A DNA stretch of 64,000 nt, taken from contig JBAZUF010000001.1 of assembly GCA_041661505.1 (NCBI GenBank), positions 47,144-111,143 on the forward strand, in the 5' to 3' direction. The notes under the pieces were generated by a model. It saw only the letters and a program-made list of their open reading frames with translations. It was not told the origin of the DNA and searched no databases. Made by a program: the position numbers and the translations under genes. Shown here one piece after another: positions 10,299-18,588 of this stretch. Position 1 is the stretch's first letter; every line of letters starts with the position of its first letter. This DNA is from Patescibacteria group bacterium (GTDB lineage: Bacteria; Patescibacteriota; Patescibacteriia; Patescibacteriales; JBAZCA01).

Positions 10299-10368
10299 AG
10301 GTTATGACTTGGCCTGTTTGCATATTTGTCGTTTTCCCGATTATAATTATAAAAGGAACCGTCAAAAA

Positions 10369-10716
10369 TTATTGGCATAATTGTTCAACGTATTGCCCGT
10401 CTTTTGACCTATGTCCGCAAGCGCATGTGCAATACCCGTCTATACAGAAAGGATCACCGCCGATTCCTAATTCTTTTTCTCTCTCATCGCAAGAGTTTTT
10501 CATAACCTTCACGCAGTTTGAATCGGTTTCACACGACCAACCGTTATCTTTATCATAAGAAGGTCTAGCCGCGTCATTTTTTACCGAATTTGATTGAAAG
10601 CTGGCCGGCGGTAAGGCAGCGGGTATTTTTTGTTGGTTTTTTATTAGCATAACATAACCACCCAGCAACAATAAAAAGATGGCTACTATGATTGTTGCTT
10701 TTGTTAAATTTTTCAT
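10369..10716 (-). CDS. Hypothetical secreted or anchored Cys-rich small protein
   Basis: N-terminal TM/signal segment; CETDSNC..C..C....C.C pattern. Confidence 0.7.
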   Translation of the reverse strand: MKNLTKATIIVAIFLLLLGGYVMLIKNQQKIPAALPPASFQSNSVKNDAARPSYDKDNGWSCETDSNCVKVMKNSCDEREKELGIGGDPFCIDGYCTCACGHRSKDGQYVEQLCQ

Positions 10717-10750
10717 AATGTTGAGTATTATTAGCTTTCTAATCTCTTCC

Positions 10751-10937
10751 TAACGGCTTCGGAATAAGCGAAGTGGCCGGAGGCATCCCGCCATCAGGCG
10801 GGAGGCCGGAAGGGCATTTCGCGTATTCCGAGTTAGGCGATGTCGCGAGCGGAGCGAGCGGCGAGCCTGACGAGGAAGAATTCCGAAGCCGTTAGGCCGA
10901 AAGGAAAGCGAGCGACAGCGAGCGATTTCGGCCTAAC
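10751..10937. repeat. 187-bp direct repeat, copy 1 (attC-like site plus ORF-less module)
   Basis: TAACGGCTTCGGAATAAGCG...TTTCGGCCTAAC; identical by eye to 13227-13413 and 14542-14728. Confidence 0.97.
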
Positions 10938-11080
10938 GTATCCGAATATGAGAAGTTTTTGCCCGCCTCCTTATTATATTATAATTGAAGAAAAGGGCAA
11001 AAATTTGGGTAAAAAATGAAATTCAAGTCCATAATTATATAAAAGAGAATTTCATTTTTTCCTCATATTCGGTGTTGTGC
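10931..11080. other. attC-like recombination site B1
   Basis: GCCTAAC-gtat-CCGAATATGAG ... CTCATATTCGG-t-GTTGTGC with two internal stems. Confidence 0.75.
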
Positions 11081-11152
11081 GATGTAAATTTTTTATCTCG
11101 TTGTTTATTGTACTAAATCTTAATGTTACTAAAAGAAAATTTGATTTTTTCG

Positions 11153-11200
11153 TTTTGTTTCAAAAAAAGAGGGGTAGGGGTGAATTTTTTTGAAACAAAA
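11153..11200 (-). terminator. Hairpin downstream of the KilA-N gene
   Basis: TTTTGTTTCAAAAAAA / TTTTTTTGAAACAAAA inverted repeat just past the stop codon. Confidence 0.45.
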
Positions 11201-11204
11201 CTCC

Positions 11205-12053
11205 TCAGCGTATTTCTTTTTTAGATGATTCCAGCTTTTTTACTCTATCGTTTGTTAAAAGCGATTTCATCTGAATAATTGCAGTATTATTTAATTTCAA
11301 AATTCTATCTTTCTGCGAAAGTCCTTCGCGAATTAATAATGCGTTTATACTTTCAAGATTAGACAAAACTACCAACTGCTCAATTGAAGCATAATCTCGA
11401 ATATTTCCTTTTAACTTTGGATTCTTATCTCGCCACATTTTGGCGGTTATCCCGAATAGGGCAACATTGAGCAAATCCGCTTCATCGGCATATTTCATAT
11501 TAACCTGTTCTTTCGTTAATTCATGTGGAATTAGCTTTTCTTTTATGGCATCGGTATGAATTTTGTAATTGATTTTTGCCAGCGTTCTTTGAAGATTCCA
11601 TTCAAGCTTCAAACGGCTATTTTCATCTTGTTTAAGCCGCTGGAATTCAACTAATAAATATAGCTTGAATTCCGCGCTTACCCAGGAAGCGAACTCAAAC
11701 GCAATATCTATATGCGCGAAAGTGCCGCCTCCATATCTTCCAGATTTTGAAATTAAACCAATGGCATGTGTCTTTTCTATCCATTTTTGCGGCGGCAACA
11801 CAAAAGAATTGGCTCCAGCTTCATTTTTAAACTGGTCGAATTCGACCAGTTTAAAAACAGGATTATGCAGTCTTTCCCAAAGTCCTAGAAAATCAATCGT
11901 GCCACGAGTTCTCATCCAATTTTTTACGACATCGGCTGGAAATGCCGGGTTTTTGTGTCGCGCTATATCGGTCAAAGAAATATAATCACTATTATTTTTA
12001 GTAAAAGTGACTATTTCTATGCCTTCAACTTTTATTTTTTGTTTCTTTGCCAT
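11205..12053 (-). CDS. KilA-N domain DNA-binding protein (cassette cargo)
   Basis: YISLTDIAR, KNWMRTRGTIDFLGLWE, GRYGGGTFAH.DIAFEFASW are typical of the KilA-N family. Confidence 0.88.
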   Translation of the reverse strand: MAKKQKIKVEGIEIVTFTKNNSDYISLTDIARHKNPAFPADVVKNWMRTRGTIDFLGLWERLHNPVFKLVEFDQFKNEAGANSFVLPPQKWIEKTHAIGLISKSGRYGGGTFAHIDIAFEFASWVSAEFKLYLLVEFQRLKQDENSRLKLEWNLQRTLAKINYKIHTDAIKEKLIPHELTKEQVNMKYADEADLLNVALFGITAKMWRDKNPKLKGNIRDYASIEQLVVLSNLESINALLIREGLSQKDRILKLNNTAIIQMKSLLTNDRVKKLESSKKEIR

Positions 12054-12121
12054 AAAGTATTAAGTTAGATTGAATTTAACTTAATTTTACCATATTTTTT
12101 ATTTTTTAAAAAAGAGGGTTG

Positions 12122-13066
12122 CTACAACTTTAATCCAAGTTTATATTTTCCATTAAATCTTGCAAATTCATAATCTTCACCAGTAAACATCCTTGCGAAA
12201 ACAGTTAATCTTTTTAACTCTGTCAAGAAATCTCTGCCGAATGTCTCTTTAAATAAAGATACTATTTCTTTATTTTCCATAATCCTTTCTCCTTCGATAA
12301 AGCCTCTTTTTAAGGCATTCCAAATTTGATCTTTCGGAAGTTTATTTTTTATGGCCAACTTCTTAATTATCGCATCGACTAACGTAACTTCAACACTGTA
12401 AGTAAATTTTTCCGGATTTATTTTTCTATTCCTTCTGTATAATTCCTTTTCTTCGTTTGACCAGCCAGAACTATTTAAATACTTTTCCAATATTTCTCTT
12501 GCTATTTTTTCAGTTACACCCTCATTAAATAAACCAAAATCATTGTTATGATAGCCAGACTGAATTTCTTTCGCATGCGCCTTATGATGACCAGATGGTT
12601 CCAGACCGACGCAAATATTTTTACTTATAGCATGAGCTTCTTCGTGTACGATAGTATGTAACATGTTCATTTCTTCAGTTCCGTAGGTTTCAGCCAGTCT
12701 CTCATAATAATATTTTTTTTCTGACTCTGGAGATGTGGGAATTGAACCAGGCGCCCTAAGCTTTATTAAATTATACTTACCGTCGTAATTACTATATGTT
12801 GCTTCGCTTGAAATAATTTTTTCAGGCCATATAAAATTACTTCTGTCTGCTGTAATTCCACATTTTTTTTCTAATTCAGAAAATAGGTCGCGCAATAAAT
12901 TAAAATCTATTTTATCAAAAAAACTTTCCCATTCGGGTAGGTTTTGTCGTCCCCACATTTCAACAAAATCGTCAATAAATTTTTGTTCTCTATTCCTAAC
13001 TTGTTCTTCGGGTTCCGCAATATCCTTTTCCAAAAAAATTTCTCGTTGATTTGGAATTTTTTCCAT
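12122..13066 (-). CDS. Hypothetical protein with HEExH...NEGxTE zinc-metallopeptidase-like motif (cassette cargo)
   Basis: HTIVHEEAHAIS and FNEGVTE. Confidence 0.7.
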   Translation of the reverse strand: MEKIPNQREIFLEKDIAEPEEQVRNREQKFIDDFVEMWGRQNLPEWESFFDKIDFNLLRDLFSELEKKCGITADRSNFIWPEKIISSEATYSNYDGKYNLIKLRAPGSIPTSPESEKKYYYERLAETYGTEEMNMLHTIVHEEAHAISKNICVGLEPSGHHKAHAKEIQSGYHNNDFGLFNEGVTEKIAREILEKYLNSSGWSNEEKELYRRNRKINPEKFTYSVEVTLVDAIIKKLAIKNKLPKDQIWNALKRGFIEGERIMENKEIVSLFKETFGRDFLTELKRLTVFARMFTGEDYEFARFNGKYKLGLKL

Positions 13067-13226
13067 AATATTTTTGAAAATAGGAAATTAATCCGTTTTT
13101 TCTGCGATTCCAGGAGCAGAAAAAACACCTTTTACCCCTCTATAAAATAAATAAAAAATCAAATTTTCGTCGTGGTTCAATGCACAAAACCTGAAATTAC
13201 ACCCAAGATAAAAAATTTATTTCACT

Positions 13227-13413
13227 TAACGGCTTCGGAATAAGCGAAGTGGCCGGAGGCATCCCGCCATCAGGCGGGAGGCCGGAAGGGCATTTCGCGT
13301 ATTCCGAGTTAGGCGATGTCGCGAGCGGAGCGAGCGGCGAGCCTGACGAGGAAGAATTCCGAAGCCGTTAGGCCGAAAGGAAAGCGAGCGACAGCGAGCG
13401 ATTTCGGCCTAAC
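13227..13413. repeat. 187-bp direct repeat, copy 2
   Basis: Identical to 10751-10937. Confidence 0.97.
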
Positions 13414-13607
13414 GTATCGGGATAAGCGAAGTTCGCTTTCCGGGTTTATTGCTTTTAGCTTAACAATAAAAATGGCTAATGTAAATGCACTTATCGTGGA
13501 ATACGGACTAACAAAGGGAAGCGAATTTGGGAGAAGAAATTTTTCTTTCCTTAGCGTAAAAAATTTAAAAAACGAAAAATTTCTGAACCGCTTATCCCGT
13601 GTTAGAC
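13407..13607. other. attC-like recombination site B2
   Basis: GCCTAAC-gtat-CGGGATAAGCG ... CGCTTATCCCG-t-GTTAGAC. Confidence 0.75.
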
Positions 13608-13711
13608 GACCCGAAGGGCTTGAGTTTCATTTTTAATAAAATGATTTTTTGGCTTGATTATAATTATCCTTTATGCTATTGTCATATGTCTTCCAATAAA
13701 CTCGAAAGGGG

Positions 13712-13915
13712 GTGAGTACATTCATGGAGGAAGGGCGTATCGCAGTGATTACAGTGGAATTCGTTAATCCCGATGAGCTAAAGAGAAGGGGTGAAGACGA
13801 ATCTTTGAAGAAACGGGGATGCCTCGGAACAGGAGGGCTGGGAAAATACATACCACTTCTCGCTGACTTTCCCGCGGACGTCAAAAGTGCGGTTCTTTTT
13901 ACCAAAAAGCAATAG
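13712..13915 (+). CDS. Small hypothetical protein in a self-contained cassette (start may be ATG 13724)
   Basis: GAAAGGGGG purine tract upstream; promoter-like TTGATT-N17-TATTGT; terminator downstream. Confidence 0.55.
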   Translation: MSTFMEEGRIAVITVEFVNPDELKRRGEDESLKKRGCLGTGGLGKYIPLLADFPADVKSAVLFTKKQ

Positions 13916-13942
13916 ATACTCCAATCAGGGCAAAAAAGCCGA

Positions 13943-13972
13943 AGACCAGACCGTAAATCTGGTCTTTTTTTT
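13943..13972 (+). terminator. Intrinsic terminator of the cassette ORF
   Basis: AGACCAGA-ccgtaaa-TCTGGTCT followed by a T-run. Confidence 0.75.
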
Positions 13973-14006
13973 ATTAAAAAATTATTTTATTAAAAATGAA
14001 ATTTCG

Positions 14007-14103
14007 GCCTAACGTTTCCGAATATCGGAAGTTGCCGAAGCGTAGCGAAGGCAATTTGCGAAAAGTCCGAGCCGAGGACTTTTCCCGATATTCGGTGTTA
14101 GGC
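14007..14103. other. attC-like recombination site B3
   Basis: GCCTAAC-gttt-CCGAATATCGG ... CCGATATTCGG-t-GTTAGGC. Confidence 0.75.
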
Positions 14104-14245
14104 GAGGGTTCTTTTGCCCTTCCTTATTGTAATTATACAAAAGAAAGGGGCAAAAGAAAGCGCAGCGACCCCTTGAGTTTTCTTTAAAAATATTTTTGCT
14201 TAAATGGTTGGGTGGCCGCCTGTCGAAGGAAGCCACCCTGTGATC

Positions 14246-14476
14246 TTACCAAAATTTGGAGCCCTCCAGGTTTTTCTTTTCTTTATACAGCTTCTTTAAT
14301 TCTGCTTCACGCACTTCTTCTCCTGTGAGGCTCTCATAATGAGCAATTTTTTGGTTCGTCTCGATAATGCGCTTGTTATTGGTTGAATTTGCGAGCCATA
14401 CTATAAGCACGCATAACATCACAAATACCAGAAAGGCGCCGGAGTAAAGTTTCGCTTCCTTTTTATCCACTTTCAT
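14246..14476 (-). CDS. Small single-TM hypothetical protein (cassette cargo)
   Basis: Strong SD (GGAGGacattATG); TM helix plus short coiled coil. Confidence 0.7.
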   Translation of the reverse strand: MKVDKKEAKLYSGAFLVFVMLCVLIVWLANSTNNKRIIETNQKIAHYESLTGEEVREAELKKLYKEKKNLEGSKFW

Positions 14477-14541
14477 AATGTCCTCCAGTTGGGGTTGGTT
14501 TATCGAAAAAAAGCAAAAATATTTTTAAAGAAAATTTCGCA

Positions 14542-14728
14542 TAACGGCTTCGGAATAAGCGAAGTGGCCGGAGGCATCCCGCCATCAGGCGGGAGGCCGG
14601 AAGGGCATTTCGCGTATTCCGAGTTAGGCGATGTCGCGAGCGGAGCGAGCGGCGAGCCTGACGAGGAAGAATTCCGAAGCCGTTAGGCCGAAAGGAAAGC
14701 GAGCGACAGCGAGCGATTTCGGCCTAAC
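14542..14728. repeat. 187-bp direct repeat, copy 3 (recombinase-proximal)
   Basis: Identical to 10751-10937; followed by a short hairpin TCGTC-gtaa-GACGA and GTTGGGT (candidate attI-like region). Confidence 0.97.
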
Positions 14729-14839
14729 TCGTCGTAAGACGAATAGTTGGGTAAATAATATTAGAAAATTGTATCTTATGCGTAATTATGGTAACATTCT
14801 GATATACTGACGGGCTACTTAAATGTTAGCATAAAAATA

Positions 14840-15661
14840 ATGGATGTAAAAGAACTCTTGGCTAAAATTGAAGAAGAGTTAAAGCTGAGGAATTACTCAA
14901 AAAAAACGATTAAGAGCTATATTGCGTGCTTAAACGATTATTTTAAATTTATTAAAATCGTTACGAAAGATCCCGACTTGGCCGCGATAAAAAAATTTCT
15001 CTTAGAAAAGCAGGACAGGGGACTTGCTCCGCAGACTATTAACCTTTACTTATACGCGGTAAAATACTTTTACTCGGAAATTACTAAGTGCCCGCGTAAA
15101 ATAAATATTAAATTCGCAAAAACTTCAAAAAAATTGCCGATTGTGCTATCCAGAAGTGAAATAGAAGGCTTGATAAACTGTTTGACAAATAGAAAGCATA
15201 AATTACTTATCGCCTTAGCTTACGGTGCGGGGCTAAGGTTAAGCGAGACATCCGCTTTAAAAATCAAGGACTTGGACTTAAAAGAACTAACCCTCCATCT
15301 AAAAGGCGCGAAAGGCAACCGGGACCGGATTACGATTGTTCCGGAAAAGTTAGTGCCGAAAATTTCCGAACTTATTGCCTTAAGGGATAAAAATGAGTAT
15401 ATTTTTTTAAGTAACCAGGGCGGAAAACTGTCCAGCCGGGCTTTGCAAAAAGTATTTGAAAAAGCGCTAAAGAGTGCTAAAATTGAAAAAGACGCTACTT
15501 TCCATAGTCTAAGACATAGCTTTGCCACCCATCTTTTAGAAAACGGCGTGGACGTGCGCTTTGTCCAGGAACTTTTGGGCCATAAAAATATAAGGACCAC
15601 GCAATTATACACGAAAGTTACCAACCCGATTTTAAAAAATATAAAAAGTCCTCTAACATAG
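14840..15661 (+). CDS. Tyrosine recombinase with integron-integrase-like N-terminal domain, lacking the IntI-specific insertion
   Basis: LKLRNYSKKTIKSY N-terminus, KKLPIVLS, GLRLSE (R), KGAKG (K), HSLRH, LLGH, TTQLYT (Y); only 273 aa. Confidence 0.92.
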   Translation: MDVKELLAKIEEELKLRNYSKKTIKSYIACLNDYFKFIKIVTKDPDLAAIKKFLLEKQDRGLAPQTINLYLYAVKYFYSEITKCPRKINIKFAKTSKKLPIVLSRSEIEGLINCLTNRKHKLLIALAYGAGLRLSETSALKIKDLDLKELTLHLKGAKGNRDRITIVPEKLVPKISELIALRDKNEYIFLSNQGGKLSSRALQKVFEKALKSAKIEKDATFHSLRHSFATHLLENGVDVRFVQELLGHKNIRTTQLYTKVTNPILKNIKSPLT

Positions 15662-15662
15662 T

Positions 15663-17126
15663 ATGGATTTCTCTAAAATAAAAAAAATTTACATGATCGG
15701 GATCAAGGGCACCGGCATGGCGGCTTTGGGGCAGTACTTGTCGGAAAAAGGATTTGAAGTGATTGGATCTGACACAGCTGAAAATTACTCTACGACTGCT
15801 GACACTTTAAAAAACTCTAAGATTAAAGTGATTGATGGATTTGATGAAAAAAATATTCCTTCTGACGCCGGCCTGATAATTTATTCTACCGCCTATAATG
15901 CCGAGCGGAATGTCGAAGTGGCAAAAGCTTTGTCTGGAAAAATAAAAACCCTGACTTACCCGGAAGCTTTGGGCGCGGTTTTTAATTCGTCTTACGGCAT
16001 TGCCGTGGCTGGAAGCCATGGAAAAACTACGACTACCGCCTGGCTCGGATTTGTCGCCCGCGAGGCCGGAATGGAGCCGAGCGTCATGAACGGAAGTTTT
16101 GTCCCGCAATTCGGCGGCAATAGTTTAGCAGGGAAGTCGGATTACCTGATAGTTGAGGTGGATGAGTACCAAAACAAATTACAGCACTATAATCCCAAAG
16201 CGGTATTACTAAATAACATCGACTACGACCATCCGGATTTTTTTCCTGATCCCGAGTCTTACGAAAAAGTCTTTATAGATTTTATAAAAAAAATTCCGAA
16301 GAAAGGCTTTTTAGTCGCCAATTTTGACGACTCGGTTATTAAAAAAGTCGCCCGGGTAAATTGCCAGGGCAAGATCATCACCTATGCCTTAGAAAACTCC
16401 GAAGCGGATTTTATTGCTTATGATATTAGGACGCAGGGCGATAAACAATATTTTAAAGTCAAAGCCCGGTTTAATAATAAAGACGCGGAGCACGGGATTG
16501 ACAGCGCCGAAGAATTGGGAGACTTTTCTACGAGCCTGATGGGACAACACAATATTTATAACGGCCTGGCGGTTATTGCCGCGTCAATTGAATTAGGGCT
16601 GGATCTCCATAAAATCCGCGAATATTTGGGAGAATTTAAGGGTACGGCCCGGCGGATGGAACTCTTGGGCCAATTTAACGGCGCGGACATTTATGACGAT
16701 TACGCCCATCACCCGACTGAAATAAAAACAACGCTTCTTGGCTTAAAAGAATCGCAGGCGGATAAAAATTTAGTGGTAGTATTCCATCCGCACACTTTTA
16801 CGCGGACCAAAGCGCTTTTGGATGATTTTGCCAAAGCTTTTGGTTCGGCGGACGAGCTTATCGTATTGGACATATACGGAAGCGCCCGGGAAAAGCAAGG
16901 AGGCGTGCATACGACCGAGCTGATTGAAAAAATAAAAAATGAGAATCTGGCCAGCCAGGATGCGGGACACGACACCGGGCGTGAAGAACAGGTAATTAAA
17001 TACATTCCTGCCTTGGAAGAATGTGAAAAATACTTGCGCGCTCGCTTAAGGCGCGGCGACTTATGCGTTTTAATGGGCGCCGGCGACGTTTTTAGGATTG
17101 GTGAAAATCTATTGAAAGACATTTAA
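15663..17126 (+). CDS. murC: UDP-N-acetylmuramate--L-alanine ligase
   Basis: IGIKGTGM, GSHGKTTT, VEVDEY, DDYAHHPTEI, FHPHTFTRT, MGAGD. Confidence 0.96.
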   Translation: MDFSKIKKIYMIGIKGTGMAALGQYLSEKGFEVIGSDTAENYSTTADTLKNSKIKVIDGFDEKNIPSDAGLIIYSTAYNAERNVEVAKALSGKIKTLTYPEALGAVFNSSYGIAVAGSHGKTTTTAWLGFVAREAGMEPSVMNGSFVPQFGGNSLAGKSDYLIVEVDEYQNKLQHYNPKAVLLNNIDYDHPDFFPDPESYEKVFIDFIKKIPKKGFLVANFDDSVIKKVARVNCQGKIITYALENSEADFIAYDIRTQGDKQYFKVKARFNNKDAEHGIDSAEELGDFSTSLMGQHNIYNGLAVIAASIELGLDLHKIREYLGEFKGTARRMELLGQFNGADIYDDYAHHPTEIKTTLLGLKESQADKNLVVVFHPHTFTRTKALLDDFAKAFGSADELIVLDIYGSAREKQGGVHTTELIEKIKNENLASQDAGHDTGREEQVIKYIPALEECEKYLRARLRRGDLCVLMGAGDVFRIGENLLKDI

Positions 17127-17186
17127 TTTGGACGAAAATATTGCCCATGAGGCCATGTTGTTGCAGAATCATGATGTTATAAGACC

Positions 17187-18143
17187 ATGACTATGGAAAA
17201 AATCATAAAAATCCAAAAAAACATTCCTTTAGCGCCGTTCACCACTTTTAAAATCGGCGGCCCGGCTAAATTTTTTATTGAAGTAAAAGCTAAAGCCGAA
17301 TTGGTAAGTGCCATTGCCTGGGCAAAAGAAAAGAAGGAAAAAATTTTTATTGTCGGCGGCGGGAGCAATATGCTGGTGAATGACCAAGGCGTGGACGGAT
17401 TGGTGATTCGGTTGGCTAACGAGTCTATGAGCATAAATAAAAACACGATAATTGCCGGAGCCGGCGTCAGCTTGGCAAAAATTTTAAAGGCTGCCGCGGA
17501 AAAAGGTTTGTCCGGAATGGAATGGACGGCCGGGATTCCAAAGGCGACAATCGGCGGAGCAGTCCGGGGGAATGCCGAAGCCTTTAGCTCGCCAATCGGA
17601 AAAATCGTGAAGATAGTAGAAATTTTTGATATTAGAAAAAATAAGTTTGCCGCGCTAAAACAAAAAGACTGCCAGTTCAAATACCGGGATAGTATTTTTA
17701 AAAAGAAAGACAATTATATAATCTGGGAAGCGAAACTCGCGCTAAAAAAATCCAACCCGGAAAAAGTGAAAAAGCAAATGATAGAAAATCTAAAATTCCG
17801 GCAAGCCATGCCGAAACTTCCTTCAGCCGGAAGCGTCTTTAAAAATATCCCCTTAAAAGATATTAAACGAGCCAGGCCGGAATTAGCGGCTAAATTAAAG
17901 GCTCTGGGCAATGCGCGGTTAGGGAATATCGGCGCTGGACTGGTAATTGATAAAATCCTTGATCTAAAAGGAAAAAAAATCGGCGGGGCTATGATTTCCC
18001 TAGAGCATGGTAATTTCATTATTAATACGGGAAAAGCCACAGCCGAAGACATTGTTAATTTAATCTGCGTTATTAAGCAGAAAGCGCGGAATAAATTAAA
18101 CTTAAAATTAGAAGAAGAAATAAAATATCTGGGGTTTGAATAA
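17187..18143 (+). CDS. murB: UDP-N-acetylenolpyruvoylglucosamine reductase
   Basis: TTFKIGGPA, GGGSN, SAGSVFKN, HGNFIIN, LEEEI. Confidence 0.96.
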   Translation: MTMEKIIKIQKNIPLAPFTTFKIGGPAKFFIEVKAKAELVSAIAWAKEKKEKIFIVGGGSNMLVNDQGVDGLVIRLANESMSINKNTIIAGAGVSLAKILKAAAEKGLSGMEWTAGIPKATIGGAVRGNAEAFSSPIGKIVKIVEIFDIRKNKFAALKQKDCQFKYRDSIFKKKDNYIIWEAKLALKKSNPEKVKKQMIENLKFRQAMPKLPSAGSVFKNIPLKDIKRARPELAAKLKALGNARLGNIGAGLVIDKILDLKGKKIGGAMISLEHGNFIINTGKATAEDIVNLICVIKQKARNKLNLKLEEEIKYLGFE

Positions 18144-18175
18144 TTCAGCTTTATATTTTGACTATCTTGCATACT

Positions 18176-18550
18176 ATGAAAATTGACCAAGGCTTTCAAA
18201 AATTAGGCGACTATCTTACCGGCGCCAAGAATCCGCGGAAAAAACCGCCGGCTTATGAATGGCAGGACTTGGCTTTAAAAGTTATAAAGCTTTTAAATAT
18301 TCCTGCCTTTAAAAAAAATTCAGTTTTTAAGGCGGTGAAGGATTACCCGAAATCAGTGATTGTTACGGCCCTAAACGACACTTTAGAATTATGTCAAACC
18401 GGGGAAAAGTGGAAATATTTTTTTAAAGTCCTTGCCAGCCCTCCGAGGCAATCACTCCCTGAAGAGAGTATAACCGGCGGAGAACAAAAAAAGGCGCTAG
18501 CCAGGCGTCCGAGATCTAATTTTTTTTCCGAGTGGGATAAAAAATTATAG
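18176..18550 (+). CDS. Hypothetical protein
   Basis: Intact ORF following murB; ATG 18176 preferred. Confidence 0.6.
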   Translation: MKIDQGFQKLGDYLTGAKNPRKKPPAYEWQDLALKVIKLLNIPAFKKNSVFKAVKDYPKSVIVTALNDTLELCQTGEKWKYFFKVLASPPRQSLPEESITGGEQKKALARRPRSNFFSEWDKKL

Positions 18551-18588
18551 CTTTTATTTTTTTAGGGGGGAAGGTGAAATATGCCCGG

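Larger units (their letters stand above)
10748..15661. mobile_element. Integron-like locus: cassette array with non-canonical attC-like sites upstream of a tyrosine recombinase
   Basis: Six TAAC...GTT hairpin sites, three IR-bounded gene cassettes and three identical 187-bp modules, all 5' of the recombinase gene. Confidence 0.75.

Noticed and set aside
13316-14686. ORFs 13316-13636, 13633-13905, 13996-14187, 14009-14236 and 14489-14686
   Set aside because: They run through palindromic att-like or repeat DNA, or lie antisense to a better-supported ORF; they have no RBS or protein-like features.
10751-14728. CRISPR array interpretation of the repeats
   Set aside because: Repeats are 187 bp with kb-scale, gene-containing intervals, and no cas genes are in the window.
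14759-14786. Possible dif-like site upstream of the array recombinase (TTATGCGTAAT half)
   Set aside because: The right half resembles the dif arm, but the left half (TATTAGAAAAT) is not convincingly complementary.
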